A stretch of 64,000 nt of DNA from Bernardetia sp. MNP-M8 (lineage in GTDB: Bacteria; Bacteroidota; Bacteroidia; Cytophagales; Bernardetiaceae): contig NZ_CP147012.1 of NCBI RefSeq assembly GCF_037126285.1, forward strand, positions 3,116,676 to 3,180,675, in the 5' to 3' direction. Position numbers and translations under genes: made by a program. The notes below the pieces were generated by a model, which saw only the letters and a program-made list of their open reading frames with translations, did not search any database and was not told where the DNA came from. This document shows, piece by piece, positions 1-10,489 of this stretch; the first letter of the stretch is position 1; each line of letters begins with the position of its first letter.

Positions 1-17
1 CTAATTTCAAATTTATT

Positions 18-485
18 ATGGAACGTACAAAACGTATGCTCGTTGTGATGCTGGCTTCATTTGGCATCTTTGCTCTTCTTACATTTTTAACTTTTTCTAG
101 TTATGGACAAACTACCAACTCTCTAGACAATGCCGAAAAAGCATTAGTAGGTGCATGGGAAACAGAACTGAATGGAGAAACTAATTATTTTACTTTTAAT
201 GAAGATAACTCTCTAATAGTTCGTTCTGATGTTTTTTCAAATTCAAGTGCAAATACGAATGATAAGCAAGTAGGAGAAATGTCTTATAAGATAAACGCAA
301 GTACAACTCCTAATCAAATAACTATCTACAGAGCAAACTCTGTAATGAAAGGTGTTTTCAGAATTGACAATAGTGAAAAAATTTCTTTATGTTTGAATAT
401 GGAAGATAATGACTATCAACCTACTACATTTACAGATGATTATCTGACAATGACACTATATAAAGTAAAAGAAGAAGATAAATAG
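18..485 (+). CDS. secreted hypothetical protein
   Basis: 155-aa ORF with N-terminal hydrophobic signal-like segment (MLVVMLASFGIFALLTF). No catalytic motif recognised. Confidence 0.4.
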   Translation: MERTKRMLVVMLASFGIFALLTFLTFSSYGQTTNSLDNAEKALVGAWETELNGETNYFTFNEDNSLIVRSDVFSNSSANTNDKQVGEMSYKINASTTPNQITIYRANSVMKGVFRIDNSEKISLCLNMEDNDYQPTTFTDDYLTMTLYKVKEEDK

Positions 486-621
486 AAAAGATATTAAAAA
501 GAAATAAAGTTGATTTTCTAAAAATACTAAAAGCAAAAATAATCAACATATTTGCTTACCCAAAAGAAACCTGCTATATTTGGTATAGACAGGTTTTTTT
601 TGTTCATTATGAAGCAAAAAA

Positions 622-1062
622 TTATACATCAATAAATAAAACTTTTTGATTTGTAACTTCATCATTTTTCCATTCTAATCTGTATGTTTTTAAGGAAGGA
701 GCATTTCCACGAGTAGAATTTCCTGTTTTAAGGTTAAAACAATAACTATGAAGAGGACAAACTATTTCATTTTGCTCGTTTATAAAACCTTTGTGTAGGT
801 CTGCTCCTGCATGAGAACAGTTATTTTGTACAGCAAAAAATCCGTCTTTGGTATGAGAAAGACAGATTTTCTCGTCTTCATTATTTGCATCAGAAACTGT
901 CAGCAAAATTGAGGTTCCTAATGCAATTTTTTGTTTAGCCTCCTGTTCTGAATCAAATAATTTTGTCAAGGTATAAGTAATTAAAAGAATTTGTGAAAAT
1001 ACTAATTTAGTTTTTTCCGATAGCATGATAATAAGGTTCATTTGGAGATATAACAATCTCAC
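622..1062 (-). CDS. Rieske [2Fe-2S] domain protein
   Basis: CxH...CxxH Rieske signature (CSHAGADLHKG...CPLHSYCF). The real start is probably an internal Met. It overlaps the 3' end of the upstream methyltransferase gene on the same strand. Confidence 0.55.
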   Translation of the reverse strand: MRLLYLQMNLIIMLSEKTKLVFSQILLITYTLTKLFDSEQEAKQKIALGTSILLTVSDANNEDEKICLSHTKDGFFAVQNNCSHAGADLHKGFINEQNEIVCPLHSYCFNLKTGNSTRGNAPSLKTYRLEWKNDEVTNQKVLFIDV

Positions 1063-1930
1063 TTAATCCTGCTTTTTGCATCATTTCAGTAATCTCACTT
1101 CTAGAGAATCGTTGTTCAAGTGAAGTACCAAATCTATCTAAGGCATCATTACGAACTACAAAGAAAGATTGATTTTGATAAAAACTTAAAGGTAAACTAA
1201 GAGCAAGTTTCTTCAAACCCAAGAACTTAAAGAATCGTCCTAACAAAATTGTAGGCATATAAACAAAGATAGCTATTAAGTCACAAACAAACTTTTTCAA
1301 TGTAGAAGGTAAGCTACTTACAACTTTGCGAATGACAGATACAATAGATAGAATCAGTTTAAAAAAAGAAGACTTATCTTCTAAATTATAATAGAGATAG
1401 ACATAAAAATAACCTCCTTTTTTGATTTTTTTGACGCAATTGCTCATAGCTTTCTGTGTATCAGGAATATGGTGTAATACACCTATACTCATACCAAAAT
1501 CAAATGTCTCGTCATCAAATGGAATATTATCTGTAGAAGCTCTAGAAAACCGTACATTTTCTTTTTCTGCAATTAGCTTATCAGCAGTATAAATAGCTTC
1601 ACTAGGATCTATAGCTTCCATAAACCCTATTTTGTCTAATAAATATTTTGTCCATCTTCCAGTACCACACCCTATATCAATTCCATAAGTATTTTTATTG
1701 ACTATATTCTCATCAATTATATCAAAATACATTTTGCCTAACTTATCAATTTCTTTATCCTCAAAAGAAGCAAATTTTTTCCATTCTTCTCCAAAAGATT
1801 CCACTACTGAATGGTCTATATTTTCTTCTTCAAATTCAGTATTGAAGCAAAAAATTTCTTTAAATCTACCCTTTGTTATTTGTAGAGGAGTTTGATTGAA
1901 TTTTTTTGTCATGCTACTAGTATGTATCAT
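1007..1930 (-). CDS. class I SAM-dependent methyltransferase
   Basis: Gly-rich SAM-binding motif GIDIGCGTGRW and an acidic residue after beta2. About 300 aa. Confidence 0.65.
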   Translation of the reverse strand: MIHTSSMTKKFNQTPLQITKGRFKEIFCFNTEFEEENIDHSVVESFGEEWKKFASFEDKEIDKLGKMYFDIIDENIVNKNTYGIDIGCGTGRWTKYLLDKIGFMEAIDPSEAIYTADKLIAEKENVRFSRASTDNIPFDDETFDFGMSIGVLHHIPDTQKAMSNCVKKIKKGGYFYVYLYYNLEDKSSFFKLILSIVSVIRKVVSSLPSTLKKFVCDLIAIFVYMPTILLGRFFKFLGLKKLALSLPLSFYQNQSFFVVRNDALDRFGTSLEQRFSRSEITEMMQKAGLSEIVISPNEPYYHAIGKN

Positions 1931-1976
1931 TTTGAGTTTTAAATTAATATTGTCTTTTTATACATTTTTCTCTGTT

Positions 1977-2495
1977 TTAGCCTTTAATAATTACTCCTGT
2001 TGCCATAAAAGAAATTTTGACTTCATCTTCTGTAATTTTTTCAATTTCTTCTTTCGTTTTTCCCGCATCTTCTGCATAATGACGAAGTTGTGCTACAGAA
2101 ATGACTTCTTTTTTTACTTTTCCTTCCATCACAATTTCTTTTCCTTCTGAATCCATAGGAACAAAAAAGCCATAATCTTTAAAACGGACAAACATTTCTT
2201 GATTATCTGAAATAGGAACTTTCATCCAACAGCCTTTTTTCTGGCAACATTCGCCTATTTTTCCAATGACTTTTAGTTCAGCAGAATCTTGTTTGTCTAA
2301 TAGAGCAGGAATTTCACTTACAGCAATAGCATTTTCTAGTGTTATTTCTGCACCATATTTTTCTTCTTTATTATCAGTATCAGTTTCTGACATAGAGTTT
2401 ACTTCAGTTGTGTTTTTTTCTTTGTTATCAGTATTGCAAGCAGATAGAGATACAAAACAAAATAAAATTAAAAGGAGTTTGAAAGTGATTTTCAT
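1977..2495 (-). CDS. lipoprotein with CxxC/CC metal-binding-like motif (DUF4920-like)
   Basis: Signal peptide plus lipobox LSAC. Motif GKIGECCQKKGCWM. Confidence 0.45.
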   Translation of the reverse strand: MKITFKLLLILFCFVSLSACNTDNKEKNTTEVNSMSETDTDNKEEKYGAEITLENAIAVSEIPALLDKQDSAELKVIGKIGECCQKKGCWMKVPISDNQEMFVRFKDYGFFVPMDSEGKEIVMEGKVKKEVISVAQLRHYAEDAGKTKEEIEKITEDEVKISFMATGVIIKG

Positions 2496-2543
2496 AAAAA
2501 ATAGAATTTAGATAAAAAGATAAAGATTTTCAAAAATACGAAA

Positions 2544-3884
2544 TTAGACTTTAATTTTTCTTAGTTTTTTAGGTTTAGGAGGTTTATATGCCAAAATAAT
2601 CAATGCAATCATATAAAAAGGTAAAATAGGAATACGATAACGAACAAGAGTTCCAAAATTACTACTTACAATTCCTATAATTCCACTAAAGAATAAAGTG
2701 AATATAAGACAAACTACTACCATTTGATGAGTTTGCAAACGTTTGAGGATTATTTTCCATTTTTGATTTTTAAATACACGAATAGTAAGAAATAAAATAA
2801 CAAGATTTTCTAGTCCAGCCAAAGCCATATTAAAATTCTTTATTTCCCAAATAAAAGGACGAAAAAGAGTAATAAATATTCCTTTTGGATAAAGTTTTAA
2901 TAAACCACCAATTGTTCCATCCATCTGATCAAGACCTATATCATAGGCACTTCCTTGTTCACTCATTTGATGAATCCAATCAGCTGTAATGTATGCCTCT
3001 TGAGCTACTTTATCTAAGTCATATTCTGTCCCTCTGATGAGATTAGAAAAAGCATAATAGGCAATACCAATACCTAGAACTAATAAAATAGGAGCAAAAA
3101 CTACTCTTAAAAACTGAGACTGAATCTGTTTAGTATATTGAGAATAAAACCACCAACCACAAGCAGGAATAAAACAAAGCAAAATGTAAAGTTTAATTAA
3201 ATACATCGTATAACAACACACTGCAAATAAAAGCAAGTTGATATAAACTTTTCTTCTGCGTATTACACCAAAATGAAAGGCTGCAAAAGCAAAACATAAT
3301 GCAGAAAAAGTAACAGAGTCTTTTACAATGCCTGACGCCCAAAAAAATATAGAAGGAATAAAAAAAATGGCCCAAGCAAGTTGTTTTTTTAACATAGGAT
3401 AAATATCTACCCAAGCTTTATACATCTGCCAACTTCCTGTAAAACTCATTAGTGCAAAGAAAAGACAGTTTACCGTATAAGTATTAAAGGAAAGAATAGA
3501 GAAAATAGAACCAATTTTATTAACAGCAAATGAACCTTTATCTCCATAGTAAGGCATACGATAAGCATAATAATAGGTGTGTGGTGTGCTGTATTCATCC
3601 ATATTTTGAAACATGATTTCCCAATAGCTTAGTATATCATTCAAAAATGCTTCTCTTGCTATTCTTGCCCCCTCAAAATAAAAAAAAGTATCTCCATATC
3701 CGTACACAAACTGAAATACCAATCCAAAAAAAATAGCTCCAACTACTTTTACACTATATCCTATAATAAAAAAATTTCGCATTTCTTTATCTACAATACT
3801 TGTACGCATAAAAAATAATACTCCATAAATAAGAAGTAGATATATAGGCGTAAGAAAAAGATCTTGAAGGTTTATATAATTCAT
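2544..3884 (-). CDS. polytopic integral membrane protein
   Basis: 446 aa with at least 10 hydrophobic helices and many aromatic residues. No soluble domain recognised. Confidence 0.45.
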   Translation of the reverse strand: MNYINLQDLFLTPIYLLLIYGVLFFMRTSIVDKEMRNFFIIGYSVKVVGAIFFGLVFQFVYGYGDTFFYFEGARIAREAFLNDILSYWEIMFQNMDEYSTPHTYYYAYRMPYYGDKGSFAVNKIGSIFSILSFNTYTVNCLFFALMSFTGSWQMYKAWVDIYPMLKKQLAWAIFFIPSIFFWASGIVKDSVTFSALCFAFAAFHFGVIRRRKVYINLLLFAVCCYTMYLIKLYILLCFIPACGWWFYSQYTKQIQSQFLRVVFAPILLVLGIGIAYYAFSNLIRGTEYDLDKVAQEAYITADWIHQMSEQGSAYDIGLDQMDGTIGGLLKLYPKGIFITLFRPFIWEIKNFNMALAGLENLVILFLTIRVFKNQKWKIILKRLQTHQMVVVCLIFTLFFSGIIGIVSSNFGTLVRYRIPILPFYMIALIILAYKPPKPKKLRKIKV

Positions 3885-4004
3885 AAAATAATTTCTCCTT
3901 TTGTATCATTACTGTTTTAAATAACAGCAGAATCCTAACAAATTTACAAAAAACAAAGTTAGTCTATTTTACATTTATCAAAATCTACTCATTTTTATCA
4001 CTTA

Positions 4005-4718
4005 ATGAAATCTAAAACCATTTTTTTATTCGAATCAATTCGTTTTTTTGTTCAAGATAATATCAATTTCTTTAATGGATTAATATTGGTTATGTATTTT
4101 GCAGGACTTTTAGGACTTTGGTTTGAACCTACTCGTGAGCTTTTTGAACTGGCTACACCCTTCAATTTGGTTACAAGTATTGTACTTCTTTTCTTGGCAC
4201 AACGTAAATACTCACCTTCTTTTTGGATTTTTGTGAGTATTACTTTTTTAGTAGGTTTTTTTATTGAAGTAATTGGTGTGAAAACAGAAGCTATTTTTGG
4301 AACATACAATTATGGCAAAACACTTGGCTTTAAAGTGTTAGAAGTGCCTCTCTTGATAGGAGTAAACTGGATAATGATTACTTTCATTGTTAATTATTTT
4401 GTTTCTACATACCTTATTTTTTATATTTTTACTTCCAAGGTAACACTATTTTTTAAATCTGTTTTTAGTGCTGCTTTGATGGTAATGTTGGATTATTTAA
4501 TAGAACCTGTTGCTATAAAACATGATTTTTGGAGTTGGCAGGGAGATGTTATTCCTCTTCAAAATTATATCGGATGGTTTTTGGTGGCTCTGCCATTGTG
4601 TATGCTTTTTCAGTATTCTAGGTTTGAGAAAATAAATAAATTTGCTTATTTCTTATTACTGGCTCAATTACTTTTTTTTGGTGGTTATAATGTCTTAATG
4701 CGTCTTTTCGAACACTAA
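4005..4718 (+). CDS. integral membrane protein (about 7 TM, possibly carotenoid-biosynthesis-associated family)
   Basis: 237 aa with multiple TM helices. The family assignment is tentative and rests on recall only. Confidence 0.35.
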   Translation: MKSKTIFLFESIRFFVQDNINFFNGLILVMYFAGLLGLWFEPTRELFELATPFNLVTSIVLLFLAQRKYSPSFWIFVSITFLVGFFIEVIGVKTEAIFGTYNYGKTLGFKVLEVPLLIGVNWIMITFIVNYFVSTYLIFYIFTSKVTLFFKSVFSAALMVMLDYLIEPVAIKHDFWSWQGDVIPLQNYIGWFLVALPLCMLFQYSRFEKINKFAYFLLLAQLLFFGGYNVLMRLFEH

Positions 4719-4755
4719 AGTATTCGGTACAGTGGCACTCACGCTAAAGCATAAA

Positions 4756-5844
4756 CTACAGTTTTATTTGATATACAAAGTGAGAAAAAGCCTTTGCTCC
4801 AAATTCTTCTTTCCATTTAAAAAGTCCTTCATTGATTGAGTCTTTATTTTCTGTATTATTTCTTATCTCACTTACTCCCAAACTCAAAAAATCAAAACTT
4901 CCAGTAGGAGAGGTTTTGATGATTTTATCAAAATGAATAACATGGTTTTCTATAAGATGATTAATCAAGAAATCTAATGCACAAATTTCTTTTCCCTTTT
5001 TTGTAGCTGACATATACTGTAAATGAATCGTAGATTGATAAACAAAAGAAACACTACAAGCTACAATCTCATTTGTTGAATTTTTTGCTAAAGAAAAAAG
5101 AATGTTATTAGGAAATTTATCTTTTAATAACTGAATTTCATCCACCGAATGAACAGGAAGAAGATTATGACGAGTTTTTAAATTGTCTTCTAGTATATTC
5201 CAAAAATCAGTCGCTAGTTCTGTCTTTTCTATTCTCAAGTTAGATTGATAGGCTTTTTTGAGATTTCTTTTTTTTCTTGTAGAATAATTTTTATAGTTTA
5301 TTTCTTGATAATCTACTTCACTCTTGGGCAAAGTAATTACAGAGTTTGCCTCCACTCTCAGAATTTTACTTTCAATCTCATTACTATTAAAGTTATCATT
5401 CAAAATTCTGTGAATACTTTCATCTTTATCTATAAAAAAATAAGAGGGCAAAGGTTTTATAATCAAATCAGTAAATTCATTTTTTTTCAAAAACTCAAAA
5501 CAAGAAAAAACAATTTTTCGTTTTTCTAAAAAACTCAAATTATCTTTAAAAATAAATCCTCCAAAGGTTAAGCCTTTATGAGAATGAAGAATTTTTTGAT
5601 TATTGTCGTTGGTGGGGATACCAACAACAGCAGGAGATTTTTTTGTAATTTCACAACAAGCTGGTAAAACACAAATCAACTCTTTTTTTCTATCGTAAAT
5701 CATCAATGAAAAATCCTCAAAACGTTCCTTGTGATAAAATAAATAATCTGTTTCAAAGAAAAAATGTCCTTCTGAATTTGTTCTTATAAATGAATTCCAT
5801 TCTTTATTATTTTCTTTAAAATTAAATTTTTTGATAGAATACAT
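4756..5844 (-). CDS. hypothetical protein (possible acyltransferase/FemAB-like fold)
   Basis: 362-aa ORF with coding-like composition. No clear motif. Confidence 0.35.
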   Translation of the reverse strand: MYSIKKFNFKENNKEWNSFIRTNSEGHFFFETDYLFYHKERFEDFSLMIYDRKKELICVLPACCEITKKSPAVVGIPTNDNNQKILHSHKGLTFGGFIFKDNLSFLEKRKIVFSCFEFLKKNEFTDLIIKPLPSYFFIDKDESIHRILNDNFNSNEIESKILRVEANSVITLPKSEVDYQEINYKNYSTRKKRNLKKAYQSNLRIEKTELATDFWNILEDNLKTRHNLLPVHSVDEIQLLKDKFPNNILFSLAKNSTNEIVACSVSFVYQSTIHLQYMSATKKGKEICALDFLINHLIENHVIHFDKIIKTSPTGSFDFLSLGVSEIRNNTENKDSINEGLFKWKEEFGAKAFSHFVYQIKL

Positions 5845-5966
5845 TTTATACTAATTTGATTTTGAGTATTTTATGAGTCATTTTAAATTAAATCCTAACA
5901 ATAGTTATTCTGAAAAGTTAAACTAAAAACAAAATCAAATACATTTTTTAAACTACACTTTTAGAC

Positions 5967-7379
5967 ATGAAAAAATACGACGCAATCATTATTGGTACAG
6001 GACAAGCAGGCGTTCCACTCGCTGCAAAATTAGAAAAAGAAGGAAAAAAAGTAGCGATTATTGAAAAAAATAAAATTGGAGGCACGTGTGTAAATGATGG
6101 TTGTACACCTACTAAATCGTATGTAGCTAGTGCTAGAAGGGCTTTTGTAGCCAAAAATAGTGAAGGTTTTGGAATAGAAATAAAAGATGTAAAAGTAAAT
6201 CTCAAAAAAATAAAGAAACGAAAAGATAAAATCGTTTCAGATTCTCATGATAATATTCAAGGTCTTTTTGATAAATTAGAAAAACTGGATTATTATAAAG
6301 GAGAAGGCACTTTTTTAGATGAAAATACGATTGAAATAAAAACAAAAGATGGAAAGACGCAGAAAATAGAAGGTAAGCAAATTTTTATTAATGTAGGTGC
6401 AAAAACTATTATTCCAAAAGAATATCAAGATTTAGATTATTTGACTAACACAAGTATTTTAGAACTTGATGAAACACCAAAACACTTAATTGTGATTGGT
6501 GCAGGTTATATTGGTTTAGAGTTTAGTCAAATGTTCTCTCGTTTTGGAAGTAAAGTAACTATTTTAGAACAAAACGAACGCTTTTTACACAAAGAAGACA
6601 AAGATGTAGCTGATGAAATAAAAAAAGTATTGGGAAAAGAATCAATAACAATTCATACCAACGCAAAAAATATAAAAGTAAATCAAGAAAGAAAAGAGAA
6701 AGAACAAGAAAAAACTAAAATTTCGTTTGAAAAAGATGGAAAAAAACATTCTATAAATGGTTCTCATATTCTGATTTCGGTAGGCAGAAAGCCAAATACT
6801 AAAACTCTAAACTTAGAAAAAATAGGTATAAAAACTGATAAGAGAGGATATGTAAAAGTAAATCAGCATTTTCAAACCAACAAAAAACATATTTTTGCTT
6901 TAGGAGATTGCAATGGTGAAGGAGCTTTTACACACACAGCTTATAATGATTTTGAAATTGTAAGTGATTTTCTTTTTGGAGAGAAAAAACGAAAATTATC
7001 GGATAGAATTCAATGTTATTCTATGTTTATTGACCCACCACTTTCAAGAGTAGGAATAAATGAAGAACAAGCAAAAGAAAAAATGAAAGAAGATAAATCG
7101 CTGAAAATTGTACAGGCTTTTCGTAAGATGGAAAGGGTTGCTCGTGCTACCGAAAAAGGTGAAACAGATGGAATGATGAAGATTTTGATAGATGAAAAAA
7201 CAGAAAAAATATTGGGTGCAACATTTTTCGGAATTTCAGCAGATGAAACTATTCATGCAGTTATTGATATGATGTATGCTAAAAAATCCTATAAAACTAT
7301 TCGTGATGCTGTTCATATTCATCCAACAGTTAGCGAACTTATTCCTACAATGCTTGGGAATTTGAAAGAATTGAAATAA
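5967..7379 (+). CDS. FAD-dependent pyridine nucleotide-disulfide oxidoreductase (class I, CxxxxC)
   Basis: N-terminal FAD motif IIGTGQAG. Redox-active GGTCVNDGCTPTK. Second dinucleotide motif VIGAGYIGLE. C-terminal dimerisation region with HIHPT. Confidence 0.8.
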   Translation: MKKYDAIIIGTGQAGVPLAAKLEKEGKKVAIIEKNKIGGTCVNDGCTPTKSYVASARRAFVAKNSEGFGIEIKDVKVNLKKIKKRKDKIVSDSHDNIQGLFDKLEKLDYYKGEGTFLDENTIEIKTKDGKTQKIEGKQIFINVGAKTIIPKEYQDLDYLTNTSILELDETPKHLIVIGAGYIGLEFSQMFSRFGSKVTILEQNERFLHKEDKDVADEIKKVLGKESITIHTNAKNIKVNQERKEKEQEKTKISFEKDGKKHSINGSHILISVGRKPNTKTLNLEKIGIKTDKRGYVKVNQHFQTNKKHIFALGDCNGEGAFTHTAYNDFEIVSDFLFGEKKRKLSDRIQCYSMFIDPPLSRVGINEEQAKEKMKEDKSLKIVQAFRKMERVARATEKGETDGMMKILIDEKTEKILGATFFGISADETIHAVIDMMYAKKSYKTIRDAVHIHPTVSELIPTMLGNLKELK

Positions 7380-7416
7380 GGGAATAACTTATAACTCAAA
7401 GCAGTTTTTTTAATTG

Positions 7417-7440
7417 AACAGGGTTTTAACCCTGTTTTTA
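7417..7440 (+). terminator. rho-independent terminator hairpin (AACAGGG-N6-CCCTGTT + T-run) between convergent genes
   Basis: Perfect 7-bp GC-containing stem followed by TTTT. It sits immediately after the stop of the oxidoreductase gene. Confidence 0.55.
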
Positions 7441-7444
7441 TAGA

Positions 7445-8431
7445 TTAATCTCCAAAAATAGATTTTCTAAACTCACTAGGCGATTGGTCTGCATATTTTT
7501 TAAATAAAACACTAAAATAGCTCAAACTATTAAAACCAGCTTTGTAACAAACATCAGTTATACTCAATTTCATATTGGTTAATAATTTTTTTGCAAGGCT
7601 AATTCTCTGTTTCAAAATGTATTCTACAGGCGTAATTCCAAATTCTCGTTTGAAGGCTTTATAAAAATTAGATTCGCTCATACAAGCTAGTTTACTCAAT
7701 TTTTCTACTGTTATTTGTTCTTCCAAATGTGTTTCTACATATTCTATCACAAAAGCAAAACGATTTTGAGAACTGTATTTTTTGTATTCTTCAAAAATCA
7801 AATTACGTGCTTGTGTTTGCATAATTCGGATTAAAAGTTCTTGTAAGGCAAGGTCAGCCAATAAATTTTTAGCTTCACTTTTTCCTAGTGAAATATGCGT
7901 AATTCTATCAATGACATTCTTTAATTCTGCATTATTTTTTAAATGATAATCTGGATTTTCTAGTGTCCAATTTCCGTTTTTATTTTGTGGTGTTTCTAGT
8001 TTTGGAAACTGATTATTAAGAGTTTCTAAAGTAGATTTTATTTTTTCATTATCAATTGCAATTGCCAAACACTGAGTAGGATTTTTTTCGTTTGCTTCTG
8101 GAAAATCAATTATCATTTCTTCATTTGCAGGAACAATCACACTTTCTCCAGGTAAATAATCAAATTCTGTTTTGGTATTTTTTATTTCTTTATAATGATT
8201 AATATTTTCAAAAGATTGCATTACTTTTTTTCCACGAATCATTGCAGTTACTGTCAAAGTATCAAAAATTAGACTTACTTTTTCGCTTTTTTGATGCGTT
8301 TCAAAAAGATTGAGTTCAAAGTTGGGAAGATTAAAACTTGAACGATTTTCGACAAGCGTTTGAAGATTATTATAAGAAGTAAGAGCCTGCTGTTTTGGAA
8401 TAAATAAAGATGATTTTAAGGAATTTTCCAT
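7445..8431 (-). CDS. AraC family transcriptional regulator
   Basis: C-terminal double HTH region typical of AraC/XylS (…ITDVCYKAGFNSLSYFSVLFKKY…). Divergent from the aldehyde dehydrogenase gene. Confidence 0.75.
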   Translation of the reverse strand: MENSLKSSLFIPKQQALTSYNNLQTLVENRSSFNLPNFELNLFETHQKSEKVSLIFDTLTVTAMIRGKKVMQSFENINHYKEIKNTKTEFDYLPGESVIVPANEEMIIDFPEANEKNPTQCLAIAIDNEKIKSTLETLNNQFPKLETPQNKNGNWTLENPDYHLKNNAELKNVIDRITHISLGKSEAKNLLADLALQELLIRIMQTQARNLIFEEYKKYSSQNRFAFVIEYVETHLEEQITVEKLSKLACMSESNFYKAFKREFGITPVEYILKQRISLAKKLLTNMKLSITDVCYKAGFNSLSYFSVLFKKYADQSPSEFRKSIFGD

Positions 8432-8759
8432 AATTGATAAGATAAATTAGATAGTTGTTTGTGTGCTTTTATTGGAGTGGTGTTTTAAATATAGTACAAG
8501 ATAATCAATTCTTGACAAATTTTATTTGTTGGAATGATTGATAGAATACTATAAAGTTTTGATAGAATATTAAAAGACAGTTGATTATTTATGTTTTAAA
8601 TTTGTAAAAGAAAATAAGACTTTTTAAGGAACAATTACGAATTAAAAATTACAAATTACGAATTTAGTATATTCAATATCAATAAATTATTATTTCAAAA
8701 TAAGTAATTTAGTTCTATTCCTAAATAAATTTTTACACACAAATAATCATTTTTTAATT

Positions 8760-10280
8760 ATGGAAACTACCACAAAAGCAACTGATAAATTAGCTTTTCC
8801 AAAGTTTAAGGAACGCTATGATAATTTTATAAATGGAGAATGGACTTCTCCTGTTAAAGGACAGTATTTTGATAATATTTCGCCAGTAAGTGGAGAAGTT
8901 ATCACAAAAATAGCTCGTTCAACAAAAGAAGATGTAGATTTGGCTCTTGATGCAGCTCACGAAGCATTCAAAACTTGGTCTAAAACATCGGCTACTGAAA
9001 GAAGTAATATTATGCTCAAAATAGCTGATATTATGGAGAAAAATTTAGAGTATTTAGCAATTATTGAAACGGTAGATAACGGCAAAGCTGTCAGAGAAAC
9101 AAAAGCTGCTGATTTACCACTTTGTATTGACCATTTTCGTTATTTCGCTGGTGTGATTCGTGCCGAAGAGGGAAGTGTTGCAGAACTAGACCAAAACACA
9201 GTTTCAATGAATATTGATGAGCCATTAGGTGTGGTGGGTCAGATTATTCCTTGGAATTTCCCTCTTTTAATGGCGACTTGGAAACTTGCGCCTGCTTTGG
9301 CTGCTGGTTGTTGTGTCGTAATGAAACCTGCCGAACAAACACCTGTCGGAATTTTGATTTTTATGGAACTTATCAAAGATGTCTTGCCTAAAGGTGTCGT
9401 TAATATTGTTTCTGGTTTTGGTGTAGAAGCAGGAAAACCATTGGCAAGTTCCCCACGAGTAGCAAAAGTTTCTTTCACAGGAGAAACAACAACAGGACGT
9501 TTAATTATGCAATATGCGTCTGAAAATATTATTCCTGTAACTATGGAATTAGGTGGAAAATCGCCAAATGTATTTTTCCCAAGTGTAATGGATGCCGACG
9601 ACGAATTTTTTGATAAGTGTTTGGAAGGTGCTGTTATGTTTGCCTTAAATCAAGGTGAAATTTGTACGTGTCCTTCAAGATTGCTTGTACACGAAGATAT
9701 TTATGATAAATTTATAGAAAGAGTCATTGAAAGAACCGAAAAAATCAAAATGGGACATCCATTAGATGATTCGACGATGATGGGCGCACAGGCTTCAAAA
9801 GATCAGTACGAAAAAATATTATCGTACTTAGAAATTGGAAAAGAAGAGGGCGCAGAAGTCTTGACAGGTGGTGCAGCCAAATATGTCGACGGACTAAAAG
9901 ACGGATATTATATTCAACCAACTATATTAAAAGGACACAATAAAATGAGAGTTTTCCAAGAAGAAATTTTTGGACCTGTTCTTTGTGTTACAACATTCAA
10001 AAATACCGAAGAAGCCATCGAAATTGCAAATGATACGCTTTATGGACTTGGTGCAGGTGTTTGGACGAGAGATGCTCACGAACTTTATAATGTTCCTCGT
10101 GCGATACAAGCAGGTCGTGTTTGGGTAAATTGTTACCATAATTATCCTGCTCATGCTCCGTTTGGAGGTTACAAAAAATCTGGTTTTGGCAGAGAAAATC
10201 ACAAAATGATGTTAAGTCATTATCGCCAAAACAAAAATATGCTTATTTCTTATGACAAGAAAGCATTAGGTTTCTTTTAA
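8760..10280 (+). CDS. NAD(P)+-dependent aldehyde dehydrogenase
   Basis: ALDH motifs ELGGKSP and EEIFGPV, with the catalytic Cys in GEICTCPSR. 506 aa. Confidence 0.9.
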   Translation: METTTKATDKLAFPKFKERYDNFINGEWTSPVKGQYFDNISPVSGEVITKIARSTKEDVDLALDAAHEAFKTWSKTSATERSNIMLKIADIMEKNLEYLAIIETVDNGKAVRETKAADLPLCIDHFRYFAGVIRAEEGSVAELDQNTVSMNIDEPLGVVGQIIPWNFPLLMATWKLAPALAAGCCVVMKPAEQTPVGILIFMELIKDVLPKGVVNIVSGFGVEAGKPLASSPRVAKVSFTGETTTGRLIMQYASENIIPVTMELGGKSPNVFFPSVMDADDEFFDKCLEGAVMFALNQGEICTCPSRLLVHEDIYDKFIERVIERTEKIKMGHPLDDSTMMGAQASKDQYEKILSYLEIGKEEGAEVLTGGAAKYVDGLKDGYYIQPTILKGHNKMRVFQEEIFGPVLCVTTFKNTEEAIEIANDTLYGLGAGVWTRDAHELYNVPRAIQAGRVWVNCYHNYPAHAPFGGYKKSGFGRENHKMMLSHYRQNKNMLISYDKKALGFF

Positions 10281-10313
10281 AATTGTAAAGTAAAAAATCA
10301 ACCAGTTATATCA

Positions 10314-10347
10314 AACCCTAAGGGACTATGAAGACCCTTAGGGTTTT
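10314..10347. repeat. REP-like palindromic element AAACCCTAAGGGACTATGAAGACCCTTAGGGTTT (copy 1 of 3)
   Basis: Near-identical copy at 40934..40966 and an inverted variant at 34851..34886. All three sit just downstream of gene ends. Confidence 0.7.
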
Positions 10348-10489
10348 GCTATAAAATGTAGGTAGTTTTTTGTCGTCGGTAGGGACACCGACAACGGCTC
10401 AATGTAGCTTACTCTTTAGAGTGAGAAACAATGTACCGAAAACTTTAGTTTTTGTATAAAATAGACAACCAATTAAAATAAAAACAATT

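Noticed and set aside
1698-2150. Short ORFs 1698..1895 and 1896..2150 (+) overlapping the methyltransferase and lipoprotein genes
   Set aside because: They are antisense to stronger, motif-bearing genes. Their composition is low-complexity and Phe/Ser-rich, which is typical of the reverse frames of AT-rich coding DNA.
9239-10202. ORFs 9239..9478 and 9927..10202 on the minus strand inside the aldehyde dehydrogenase gene
   Set aside because: They are embedded antisense in a gene with unambiguous ALDH motifs, so they are spurious.
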